Part shown: positions 1-17,112 of the stretch, piece by piece
Numbering within the stretch: position 1 is the stretch's first letter
How the letters are laid out: every line of letters begins with the position of its first letter
Assembly: GCF_009914755.1 (NCBI RefSeq)
Contig: NC_060940.1
DNA: 64,000 bases
Direction: 5' to 3' (one strand)
Origin: the human T2T-CHM13v2.0 reference genome, Homo sapiens
Made by a program: the position numbers and the translations under genes
Notes under the pieces: model-generated
What the model was told of the DNA's origin: nothing
The model's input: only the letters and a program-made list of their open reading frames with translations
Databases searched by the model: none

Positions 1-654
1 TGTAGTCCCAGCTACTTGGGAGGCTGATGTTGCAGGATCACTTGAGCTCACGAATTTGAGGCTACAGTGAGCTATGATCATGCCACTGCACTCCAGCCTA
101 GGTGACAGGGCAAGACGCCATCTTACACACACACAAAATGATAGAGATGACTAAACACACACACACAAAGGGCTAGGCAAAGTGGCTCACGTCTGTAATC
201 TTAGCACTTTGGGAGTCCAAGGTGGAAGGGATCACTTGAGCCTCGGAGTTCGAGATCAACCTGGGCAACATAGCGAGACCATGTCTCTACCAAAAACAAA
301 AAAAAAAAGCTATGAGACCAGGAGTTCGGGGCTGCAGTGAGCTATAATTGTGCAACTGCACTCCAGTCTGAGCACAGAGCAAGGCTCCGTCTCAAGAAAT
401 AAAAGAAAAAAGTAAAACTAAGAATAAAATTAAAAAAGAATAAGGCAAATGTCCATTAACTAAGATTTTAGTCCCCTGAATCTGCTACCTAGTAACTCCA
501 TCCTCAGACCAGGCAAACTCACCCTCTGTAACCACTGTTGTACCTCATGGCGATGTTATAAACATTAAACAAGGAACTATTCTTCAAAAGACTTTGAAAA
601 ATATAACATCTTAAACAAATATAAGGCACTACTGTTATAATGCAGTTCACATAC

Positions 655-803
655 CAAAGTGATCCCAGTCCCCTGTAGATTCTGAATCTCCAGCTGGTTC
701 TTGCCCTCAGTGAAAATTGGTTTTGGGTTCTTCTCAAAGCCCCCAGACAGGATGCCACCCTGCCAGTTCCGAATATAAATTCTTCCATCAGCATCCACAA
801 TAG
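655..803 (-). pseudogene. PDPR2P: PDPR-like exon (IVDADGRIYIRNWQ...) carrying a -1 frameshift
   Basis: 149 nt. Reads CAG GG GAC TGG GAT CAC TTT G: DWDHF of PDPR is present but out of frame after Q326. Donor GTATGT at 654. Confidence 0.9.
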
Positions 804-1529
804 CTGAGGTGGAGAAATGACATGGAGTGGGGAGTGGAAGAAAAAACAAGGGTTTAGAGGCAAGTCAGCTTTCTAAATGGACAGAACAACCAAACAAAAA
901 CACCCATTAATGGCTTTATTAATGAAAGAACATTCAATGAACGCAGGCATTCATTAGCTTTAAAATACCTTTTGAGGTCACGGGGGAAGATCCTCCCATT
1001 TAGCCTTTCAGTGGAGACTGTTTCTCTGATTATCCCTTACCTAGAAGCTTTGACTAGTCCCCACCACGTAACTCCCACTGTGCCAAGCGAAAGTTTAACG
1101 GAAAGGGGGATTGCAGAGCCCATTCTAGGCATGAAGACCGTCAAAAGGATGTGAGAACCCTCTCCTATAGTGCTTGGAACCACGAACCCACCTAAGTCTA
1201 TCGTTTACCTATGACATTTCTACTATCCATAGTATTCAAGTTAAAAAGTCAACAAGACAGTCCAAATATTCTCAATGACCTCTGTTTAAGACTAAAATTA
1301 GCTTGCAAAACAAAAAACAAAAACAAAAAAATGTATTAATGGAAATTTTGGCCATCCTTTCATAAAGAGTTAATAAAGAAAAGTCAGAATTGGGTCCACC
1401 TCCCTGTAACATGCTCTAGAAATGAAAGACTCTTTCAGACACAGTCTGTCCTTAGCAGAAAGTTTTCCTTTTCAGAGGACAGGACACTGGCAAAGAAACA
1501 AGATTTTTTAAAAAAGTGCAAGTCCTCAC

Positions 1530-1647
1530 TTGGTGTGCTGCTCTGCAGAGGGGTCTCCAAGGGGCGAGTCAGGAGGTAGAAGTGTTCGCAGGCATGTAGC
1601 GGGATACTAACCGGCTCCTCGTTGGACAGACCCAGCTCGTATGCCCA
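1530..1647 (-). pseudogene. PDPR2P: PDPR-like exon (WAYELGLSNEEP...LQSSTP)
   Basis: 118 nt, hand-translated (not in the ORF track); AG at 1649-1648, GTGAGG donor at 1529. Confidence 0.92.
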
Positions 1648-2404
1648 CTACAAATGGACAGGTTGATTTGTGGGTGGGAAGGGGAACAGAAATAAAAATG
1701 AGCAAGTTCAGCCTCTTGAGATTAATTCCAAGTGGCTTATGTGTGCTCTTGCTACAGTGTCAGGTGTGGGAAGTCAGCCTGCTTTAGTTCAATTATTTGG
1801 ATGGGGAGCAATACTACATTTTTTAAGACATAAAAATTACTTTGAGATCAAAGGAAGAGATATTTACCAGCTAGTCAAAGGAGCTCATGGGAACCAAAGG
1901 AGGTCCTTTTGATAAAACGCCTGGGCTCAGCTACAAACCCCAAATAGCAATCACTAAATGAACTTCACGTGGCAAAAGTATTTCTTAGTTCACTTCGGGA
2001 TCATAGCATGGAAGGCAAGAGCCAATCTGCTTTAAAAGAAGCAGTGTCCCGGAAATTAGTGTCCACATTCCTGACACAATAAAATAGCCTAATATGTTAT
2101 TTGCTAGGTTGTAGAATGAAATGTAACACCAAGACCCAGCGCCAAGGATTCACGTCAATGCCTGACCATTTGCTGGCCTTCCTGACCAGGATAGCACCCA
2201 TCAACCCAGTGTGGAGGAAGGACAAGGTCACACAGGCTTCTATTTGCAGACTAAGTGTAGGTTTCTGATTTAGAATACCCTACAAGAAACAGCATAGTTA
2301 CTGATATCTGTGTAATGAATCACAATACTAACCTTACTTCTCTACACCAAAAAAATCTTGGAGACATACGTTAAATAAGAAAATCAGTGTTGGTGCTGAC
2401 CTAC

Positions 2405-2526
2405 CTGGCCAGCACAGTTGACAAAATACTGGCATTCAATCTGTCCTTTATCGGTCTCCACTCCAGTAACTTGACCTTTTTTGCCCATTACTTGAAGAAC
2501 AGATGTCCGGTCATAGATCTGAACAC
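2405..2526 (-). pseudogene. PDPR2P: PDPR-like exon (VQIYDRTSVL...VNCAGQ)
   Basis: 122 nt, AG at 2528-2527, GTAGGT donor at 2404. Confidence 0.92.
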
Positions 2527-2708
2527 CTGTTCCAAGGTAAAGAAAGAGTTGGTGCTTCATCTGATGTTCCAGAATGAAGGCATGTGCAGCAGGTTCTCCA
2601 CCCAGAAGAAACACTGACAAAGTCAAGTCAATGCTTTAATTTATTTTTTTATTTTATTTTTGAGACGGAGTCTTGCTTTGTCGCCAAGGGTGGAGGGTAG
2701 TGGTGTGA

Positions 2709-2951
<243 letters not shown>

Positions 2952-3301
2952 TAAAAAAAAACACAAAACCCTAGAATCACATCCTGAGACTATGTAAATG
3001 GGCCTTGTTCGAGATTGAAAATAGCAAGTCAGTTTAAAAACAGACTTTGGAACACAATAATTAAATTCCTGGAATCATAAACTATGGAGCAAAGAGGAGA
3101 GGATGTAAATAGTGCGCCTTAAGTGCTAACCTGCTCATACCATGGATATGATACCCTGGACACTAGTTAAGTCTTCCCCTCATTCAATGCAACTGGGCTT
3201 ATGATTTCAGGTGTGGATTAAACTTCCAAGGTGTGTTTTCACCTTGAGCTTCTCAAGTCCTGTGGGGGAAAATATTACCTTAAGTCCAAAGGGCATTAAT
3301 T

Positions 3302-3601
<300 letters not shown>

Positions 3602-3827
3602 TTAATTAGCACTAAAAGCAGTTCTTTAGAACTTTAAAAATGTGGCCCTGAGGGAAAACACTCATTAACAGATAAATAAAATTATAAGTGTTCAAAATGG
3701 AGGCTGAGTACCCCAAAGAGGATAATCTTTCCAAACTTGAGTTGGTGTCACTTCCTACTGTGAGACACTTCCTTAGGTAATGTCTTCCCTGCTAACCTAT
3801 CTTAAGAAAATGCAAAAACCTGCTCAC

Positions 3828-3991
3828 CATTTTGGGAGGCAGCACTTGCCAGGGCAAGAGCCACGTCAGCGGAAGACACCACTGCATCCTCAGGAACATG
3901 CATGGCCCCCACCAGGTCGTGCACGTTGAGGAGATGGTGAAGCTCGGCCACTTTCTTGGGGGAGATGATCTCAGAAGGGATACCTATAACA
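3828..3991 (-). pseudogene. PDPR2P: PDPR-like exon (VIGIPSEIISPKKV...SAASQN)
   Basis: 164 nt, AG at 3993-3992, GTGAGC donor at 3827. Confidence 0.92.
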
Positions 3992-4084
3992 CTGCCACAG
4001 AACACAAGGGACAATGACATTCACAGGCTCTTTGGCAGAGGCCAGTGTGGTAAAGTCAGGACACGCTTCTAGACTCTTACGTAC

Positions 4085-4166
4085 TTCAGCCCTGCGTTGA
4101 TGCGCTTCAGGGAGATCAGTCGGTCCTGAGTTTGGGCCAGAAAGATTGAGCCTGTCCTTGTGTAAC
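4085..4166 (-). pseudogene. PDPR2P: PDPR-like exon (YTRTGSIFLAQTQDRLISLKRINAGL)
   Basis: 82 nt, hand-translated; AG at 4168-4167, GTACGT donor at 4084. Confidence 0.9.
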
Positions 4167-4543
4167 CTGTAAGAAAAATGAGCCCAAATGAGACAGATCA
4201 GACCAAATGTAGGACGGGAGAGTGGAAAATCCACTAGATTATAAGTTAGAAGGCCTGTGATGAATCCTGGGACTGCCACTCAATATCCTTGGGCAGGTAA
4301 ATCAGCTTCTCTGAGCTTCTTTGCAAAATTTTAAGAACTTCAGATGCACTAAGGCTCCATGCCCTGACCAAACATTCTCAGCTCACAGTTTTGTGAAGTT
4401 GTGAGGATCAAATGAGATTCTAGGCCAGGTGTAGTGGCTCATGCTTGTAATCGCAGCACTTTGGGAGGCTGAGGGGGGCGGATCATCTGAGGTCAGTAGT
4501 TTGAGACCAGCCTGGCCAGCATGGTGAAACCCTGTCTCTACTA

Positions 4544-4702
<159 letters not shown>

Positions 4703-5564
4703 TTAAAAAAAAGAAAAAAAAAGAAAAAGACAGTTTTGGGCAGGGATTCGACCATCCCTATTCTTCCCACCTTTTAGGCAGTTTCACCCTTTCTCCTCCT
4801 AGTCTTGGGGGAGTGTAATCCTTAGCAAAGGCCACTCACAATAACATCAGCTACCAAGGGTCGGATTCTCCCTTCTTCTTCCCCAGTATAGCCAAACAGT
4901 GGGCATGCGACCTAAGCTTATCCAATCAGACCCTCCTGGAACAGTCAGTCTTGAGCACGTAGGTGAATGGCTAGAGGTCACCATCTCAAGGGCAGCATCA
5001 GCCAGGCCAGGCTGCTCCTGTTCTGGCTGAGGGACTGCCTGCGGTGCAGTCCCCACATCCTGGCTTCCAGGCTGCCTCCAGCTGGCAGCCTCCTGCCAAC
5101 TCCACAGGCCCAAGCTCCTCCCAACAAGCTCCAAGTTGGCCAGAGTCAATTCCTGTTGTCTGTAATCAACACACCTGATATAGAACCATAATTACACTTG
5201 GGCCAATGACAATTCTCCTAAAATACAATGACTCTTAATTCTTATGAAGAAAGAGTTGAAGCAATTTGGTATCTTATTTTCAAAAGAAGTACAGTAAGGA
5301 TAATTTACATATTTTCTTAATTTCTTAGTAGAGACGGGGTTTCACCATGTTAGCCAGGATGGTCTCGATCTCCTGACCTCGTGATCCGCCTGCCTCGGCC
5401 TCCCAAAGTGCTGGGATTACAGGCATGAACCACCATGTTTAAAACCGGCCAACCCAAGTTTTAATTACCAAAGCAGTAGGCACACCTGGCAGAGGACCAA
5501 ATACAGAAATGAATATAACAATCTCAGGGACAGGCAAAGCAATAAATGGAAGACACTTGCTTAC

Positions 5565-5698
5565 CTGTTCGGATCCCTGTTTCTTGCTCTAACTGATGGT
5601 AGAGTTTGTTTGAGTAGTCTGCCATCTTCTGCTCAATGGTCAAGTGCCTGGCAGTGCTCAGGATGCCAGCACAGAACCTGGTAGAGCCAGCAGCCAGC
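5565..5698 (-). pseudogene. PDPR2P: PDPR-like exon ([11 protein letters not shown]...EQETGIRT)
   Basis: 134 nt, AG at 5700-5699, GTAAGC donor at 5564. Confidence 0.92.
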
Positions 5699-5804
5699 CT
5701 GCAGGATGGATGCAAAATGCTATTAGGTAGATTGACGTCATCTGTGAATACGAGGTCAGGGTTTCTCATTTAATACTGTTTCTAATACCAAAAGATGGAA
5801 ACAA

Positions 5805-8010
<2,206 letters not shown>

Positions 8011-8469
8011 GCTTCTTTTACATATTTTCAATTTTGAATCATATAAATACATTGCCTATTCAAAAGTACATAAACTTTACATTGAAAAAAATGTTCTCTA
8101 ATTTGTGGTAGCAACAGAATATAAAGGCTACAGTAATGCTAGGGCCCAAAGACCCAGTTTTGCAAGGGACCCATATGTGAAGAAAGCAGGTGGGGGGGTT
8201 CTAAGGTCATTTTCCCCAAATTATTTATCACTCAGTAAATAAACTAACATCTGTGTCAGCATGCCTGTCACTTGAGTTTACTGTATTTACTCTAATAATT
8301 ATATTTTCCACATAAGATTGTCAGCTCCCTAAAGAGATTTTTCTATCATCTTTGTAACTGTGTGGAGCTCCACCCCAGGTGGGAGTTCCATTAACTGGCT
8401 GGTGGTCAGCACCTATAGCTCTGGTGACGTCTCTGCTGGGATAGCACTCCTTGAGCAGCTTTGACAGTG

Positions 8470-8640
8470 GCTCTCGCCCTTGGAGGTACATCAGAGTCCC
8501 CCGGGAAGCTTTTAAAAATACTGATGCCTGGCCTCACCCCTAGAGATTCTCGTTTGTTCTGGGGAGAGATCTGGGCACTGGTAATTGTTAAAAGCTCCCC
8601 AGCTGATTCTAATGTGCAGACAGATTTAAGACCCATTGAT
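8470..8640. mobile_element. MER5-like hAT DNA transposon relic
   Basis: cagtggctctc...aaaaatactgatgcctgg...agattct...aaaagctccccagctgattctaatgtgcag pattern. Confidence 0.6.
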
Positions 8641-9012
8641 CTATGAGAACAATAGTGAAGATAGAGAAGAGGAATAATTATAGATAAAGGGCAGTATAAA
8701 ACCATTTCACAAGCCACGGATAAGGCATAAGAATAACTTTTATTTTTTGAGACAGTCTCACTCTGTTGCCCAGGCTGGAGGGCAGTGGCACAAACTTGGC
8801 TCACTACAATCTCCGCCTCCCAGGTTCAAGCAATTCTCCTGCCTCAGCCTCCTGAGTAGCTACAATTACAGGCTCATACCACCACACCCAGCTAATTTTT
8901 GCATTTTTAGTAGAGACGGGGTTTCGCCATGTTGGGCAGGCTGGTCTTGAACTCCTGACCTCAGGTGATCCACCCACCTTGGCCTCCCAAAGTCGTGGGA
9001 TAACAGGCATGA

Positions 9013-9165
<153 letters not shown>

Positions 9166-9860
9166 TGAGATTAACAGATGCGCATAACCACTCCCGGTTA
9201 ATTTCTGTATTTTTAGTAGAGACGGCGTTTCACCATGTTGGCCAAGCTGGTCTCAAACTCCTGATCTCTGGTGATCCACTCGCCTTGGCCTCCCAAAGTG
9301 CTGGGATTACAGGCGTGAGCGATCGTGCCTGGCTGGCATAATTATTTTTAAGTGTGAGGTTTAAATAGTCTGCCTTATATCAATTCTAAGGTATTATATA
9401 ATCTTGAAGCAACAAATTAAACCACAAATGAACCTCCCTAGGTTCTCCCACTTAGAAACATTTACACTGAGATTAGTTTATCACTTTTTGTGGAAATACC
9501 TGATAATTAAATTTAAAAGGATTTCAAAAAATAGGAGAACGACTTTGACATCAAGGAAGCATTATGAGGCCAAGTGCAGTGGCCCACACCTGTAACCCCA
9601 GCACTTTGGGAGGTTGAGGTGGTCCGATCACTTGAGCCCAGGAGTTTGAGGCCAGCCTGGACAACAAGGTGAAATCACGTCTCTACCAAAAAAACAAAAA
9701 ATTAGCCAGGCATGGTAGTGCATGCCTGTAGTCCCAGCTACTCAGGAGGCTGTGGTGGGAGGATCACTTGAGCCCAGGAGGCAGAGGTTGTAGTGAGCTG
9801 AGATTGAACCACTGCACTCCAGCCTGAGTGACAGCGTGAGACCCTGTCTCAAAAACATTA

Positions 9861-10230
<370 letters not shown>

Positions 10231-10732
10231 CTAAACTGGGGTGTGTGTGTGTGTGTGTGTGTGTATACAGATATATAACTGAGTAAATAAATGGGGGAGA
10301 AGGAAATCTCTTCCTGACAGTAATATGCCAACTATAATAAATGTAGAAGTATAATCAAAAAATCACCATTTGTCAACCATCATGGTGGTGGCTGACTCAG
10401 GCAACAGTTGTCAACGGATGCTAAGCCCGGTAGGTGGAGGTCTGATATGAACAGGATATTGGCATAATCTCAGAATCCATCTCTCCTCAAAGGGCACTGG
10501 CCAGTTACAAGGGGAGAAAACAGGGTCTCTGTGCTAGAGATGCTTGGAGGACACCAATGTAACTGGGTGACCAGGGTTATCACCACCAGAAGTGAGACAG
10601 GACAGCCATACACCTCCTGATGTGGTGCACTGCTGAGAGTCCAGCCTAATTTCTGTGGTCTTACTGCCAAAAATGTATGACCTGGTTATGATGATGGATG
10701 CACAACTCTGTACAAACAGATTTCAGCACTTA

Positions 10733-11651
<919 letters not shown>

Positions 11652-12165
11652 TGATCTGCCCACCTCAGCCTCCCAGAGTGCTGGGATTACAGGTGTGAGC
11701 CACCATGCCCGGCCAATATTGTTGTATGAATCTAACATTACTTGTATAGTGGTATAATATTAATTAATGATGGATTATAAGAATCCATTCTGTAATCTCT
11801 GTAACTATTACAAATTAATATAAAGGGACTTAGCTTACAAGCCAATAGAGCAGAAAATACTTGACCTAAAAGAAGGTGAGCACAGAGAAACTAAGCCTAT
11901 AGAGCATATTTCTCTTGGAGAATGAGAACAATATTAAGAACCTAGCAATTAAGCAAACACAAGCAGTTGTCTGCTTTGCTTAAATGCAGTCCACATTATT
12001 TACAAACACAAATTTTTGTCAAAGTCTAAAATGTTGCTGGGTACAGTGGGTCATGCCTGTAGTCCCAGCACTTTGGGAGGCCAAGGTGGGAGGACTGCTT
12101 GAGGCCAGGAATTCAAGCTCAGCCTGGGTAAGAAAGCGAGATCCTGTCTACCAAAACACCACCAC

Positions 12166-12198
<33 letters not shown>

Positions 12199-12411
12199 AA
12201 AACGACGAAATTTGCCAACTCTCTAAAAACCAGAGAACATGAGCATTATTAGTCATCCTTAAACAAAATTCAGGAGATTCCACCTTGCTTCTTCTCATGC
12301 TACTTAGCAACATTTAGATTAGCTACTGGTGGGGCAGTATCTCTGAAAGGAGAGGGAATCTGATACGATTAGTGCAGCACAGCCATGAGCCAAATGCAGT
12401 CTGATCCTTAC

Positions 12412-12670
12412 CTGCCCTGCTCCAAAAGGACAATATCCTTCCACCCCATTTTGGATTGGTGATGGGCCACAGAAGTGCCCGTGATTCCACCTCCACAGAC
12501 GACCACCTGTGCCTGGGTGGGCAGGGCCATGGAACGCGCCTCGGCAGCTGATGCGCTGTTTCTTGCAGAGGACCAGTTCTGCCATCCTGGGCTGGCTCTT
12601 TGTCTTCCAACAATCGACAGCAACCAGTAGAACATCATGTCTCTCACCAACTAGATCTCAGGAACTCAAA
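12412..12670 (-). pseudogene. PDPR2P: PDPR-like exon with start codon (ATG at 12638): mitochondrial leader and FAD-binding GxGxxG
   Basis: Acceptor ctctgtctag at 12671-12680, donor GTAAGG at 12411. 227 coding nt give MMFYWLLSIVGRQ...VVVCGGGITGTSVAHHQSKMGWKDIVLLEQG. Confidence 0.92.
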
Positions 12671-12941
12671 CTAGACAGAGAAACCAAACATATTTCATGC
12701 CATTCAACTCAGTGCATGGGATTAATGAGAAAGGGATTTGACAAAGAACGATAGCCATTCATTCAGCAAATATTTGAGGGTGGCCGGGCGCGGTGCCTCA
12801 CACCTGTAATCCCAGCACTCTGGGAGGCCGAGGCGGGCGGATCACGAGGTCAGGAGATCGAGACCATCCTGGCTAACACAGTGAAACCCCGTCTCTACTA
12901 AAAACACAAAAAATTAGGCTGGGCGCAGTGGCTCACATCTA

Positions 12942-13402
<461 letters not shown>

Positions 13403-15530
13403 CTAGGGGCATATTTAAAACAGGATGGTCAGAAACAGCCTCCAAGGAAGTGACATTTGGAAACAGACCTGAAGGATAAGGAACGAGCTATACATTTGGC
13501 AGACACTGAGACGAGCATGTGCAAAAGCCCTGAGGTAAGACAGACCAAGAACAAAAAGGAGGCCGGCATGTACACGACACGGGGAGTGTGGGGAGATGAT
13601 CTAAGACAATGCTGGAGAGGCAGGCGGAAGCCAGTTACACACAGCCCTTGGGTGCCATCAGCAGGAGTTGGAATTTTATTCAAAGTACAAAGGAAAATCA
13701 CTCATGCGGGAGTATCACTAGCAGGGGAATGAAATGATCTGGGATGTTTTTCTTTTCTTTGTTTTTTTTGGCGGTGAGGGGTGGGGGGATGTTTTCCAAA
13801 GGTCAGTCTGGCTCCATGGTGGAGAGCGGATGGTAGAATTATAAAAACAGAGTCGACTTCCTAGGCTCAAGTGATCCTCCCACCTTGGTCTCCCAAAGTG
13901 CTGAGATTACAGGCATGAACCACTGCCCTTGGACAAGGCAGGGTTTTAACAAACTTAATCTATCAGCAAAACAGATGACTGTTCAAGTTTCAAGAAACTG
14001 AAGAAGAAAGCACCTACTGGCTGTCCATGCAGTCATGTGTACAGGAGGATGAGGACTTTGAGACGAGAGGCGGTAGACAAGGGGGCCTCAGGGCAGCTCA
14101 CTGCTAGTCATCTCCTTACCGCCTCCACTGCCAGCCACAGGACCCACAGATGCTCCACAGTCAGCCCAAATTGTCCAAGGCCAAGGTATCTATGTCCATC
14201 CATCAGAATTGCAACCAATGCAAGCACAGACTATGTCCAGACAGACATCCCATCCAACTGGAGACAAATTGTCTTGGCCACCTTGTGGTTGCCACCATGC
14301 CTCTCATCCCTGGTCCCTGTTAAGCACCATCTCAAAACAGAAGCTTCTCTACCCGGCTAGTCTTTACATAATCTCATCTCTACGTGACCAATTTATTTCC
14401 CGTGGCCCAAGCTCTCTTTGCTTTCCTCTCCTTCAAGCTCCTCTACTGCACCCTCTAGAATACCTTTCCCAAAGGTAAACACCCACCCCTTTGCTGACAT
14501 CCTCTCTACCCTCTGTCCCAATGGCAACACAGCTCTCCTGGGGAACTGCTGCTGCCAAATGGCCAGCCCCATCCCATTGACCTCACTGTCAACCTCCTGG
14601 CTTCTGACCCGTGACCACTCGGTTATACTTGAAAACTGTCCTGCTCCTTGGTGGCTTAGGCTAGCACATGTTAAGCCACAGGTAGACCTCTGTCTGTATT
14701 CAGGTTCAGAGCCCAGCTATTCCTCTCTCAACCTTCAACTTCACCTCCTTTCTTCCCTCATTCTAAGCAGATAACCTGGCTCATCTCATTCCCTGAAACC
14801 CTTCCTATAGACCCACTTACATCTGCAACCATCTCTTCCTTCTTTTATCCACTGGAAAGTTAATCTCCCCCAAGGGCCCTGGATCCCACTTCCTCCTCTC
14901 TTCTCTTGACCCTAGCTCCATCAACTGCTGTCTCTCTTTCCTGTACCTGCAATGTTTCCCTCCGTTTTTGCTCCTTTTCCTCAGCAATTTTTTTTTTTTT
15001 GAGACGGAGTCTCGCTCTGTCGCCCAGTTGGGAGTGCAGCGGTGTGATCTCGGCTCACTGCAACCTCTACATTCCAGGTTCAAGCAATTCTCCTGCCTCG
15101 GCCTCCTGAACAGCTGGCACTATAAGTACGCGCCACCACGCCCAGCTACTTTTTGTATTTTTAGTAGAGATAGGGTTTCGCCATGTTAATTAGGCTGGTT
15201 TTGAACTCCTCACCTCGGGTGATCCACTGGCCTTGGCCTCCCAAAGTGCTGGGATTACAGGTGTAAGCCACCACACCCACCTTAATGACTTTCTGATGCC
15301 CTCAGGAAAAAGGCAAAACTCTTTTCATATCAAGTGCAAGATCCTTCACAGTCTGGTTCTTATCTGTGGTCTCATTTCTCCTTTCCTCACACTCTGACCA
15401 AGCCAGACTGAACAACCTGTAATTCGTCAAACATATCAGGTGAGGTGTGAATGTTCTATTCGGCTCCAGGTTCTGTGCATGCTGTTCCCTCCTGGCAGGT
15501 TCCTGCCACCCCTCCCGCAAATACAGGTAA

Positions 15531-15737
<207 letters not shown>

Positions 15738-16190
15738 TAATTTTTAGGAGAGACGGGGTTTCACCATGTTAGCCAGGATGGTCTCAATCTCCCGACCTCG
15801 TGATCCGCCTGCCTTGGCCTCCCAAAGTGCTGGGATTACAGGTATGAGCCACCGTGCCCAGCCCTGTCTTTGACATCTTATCTGACAATCTCCCCCTCCT
15901 TCTCCAACACTTGGTTAGGTGGCTTTTCTATGTTCTCCTATAACACACTACACTTCTCCCAGCACAGAACTTACCACACTGCACAATGGTCTGTTTGCCA
16001 ATCAGAGAAGCAACATGCCAGCATGGCAGGGAATCCAGGCTTTGGGGGCGGACAGTTCTGGGTTTGAAAATATCCCCACCTCTCACTAGCTGTATGACTA
16101 TCAGCAAGTTACTAAATCTCTAGGCTTTGAACTCCTCATCTGTAACACGGGCTAGAAACACCTACCTCACATGGTTGCTGCAAAGACTAA

Positions 16191-16487
<297 letters not shown>

Positions 16488-16646
16488 TGATCTGCCCACA
16501 TTGGCCTCCCAAAGTGCTGGAATTACAGGCTAAGCCACCACACCCGGCCTATTATTTCCCTATTATAATGGAACTAAGAGCAGAAACCTTATAAATTGCT
16601 CAATTTTCCCAGCGTTCAGCATAGGTACCTAGGAAATATATGTTGA

Positions 16647-17112
<466 letters not shown>

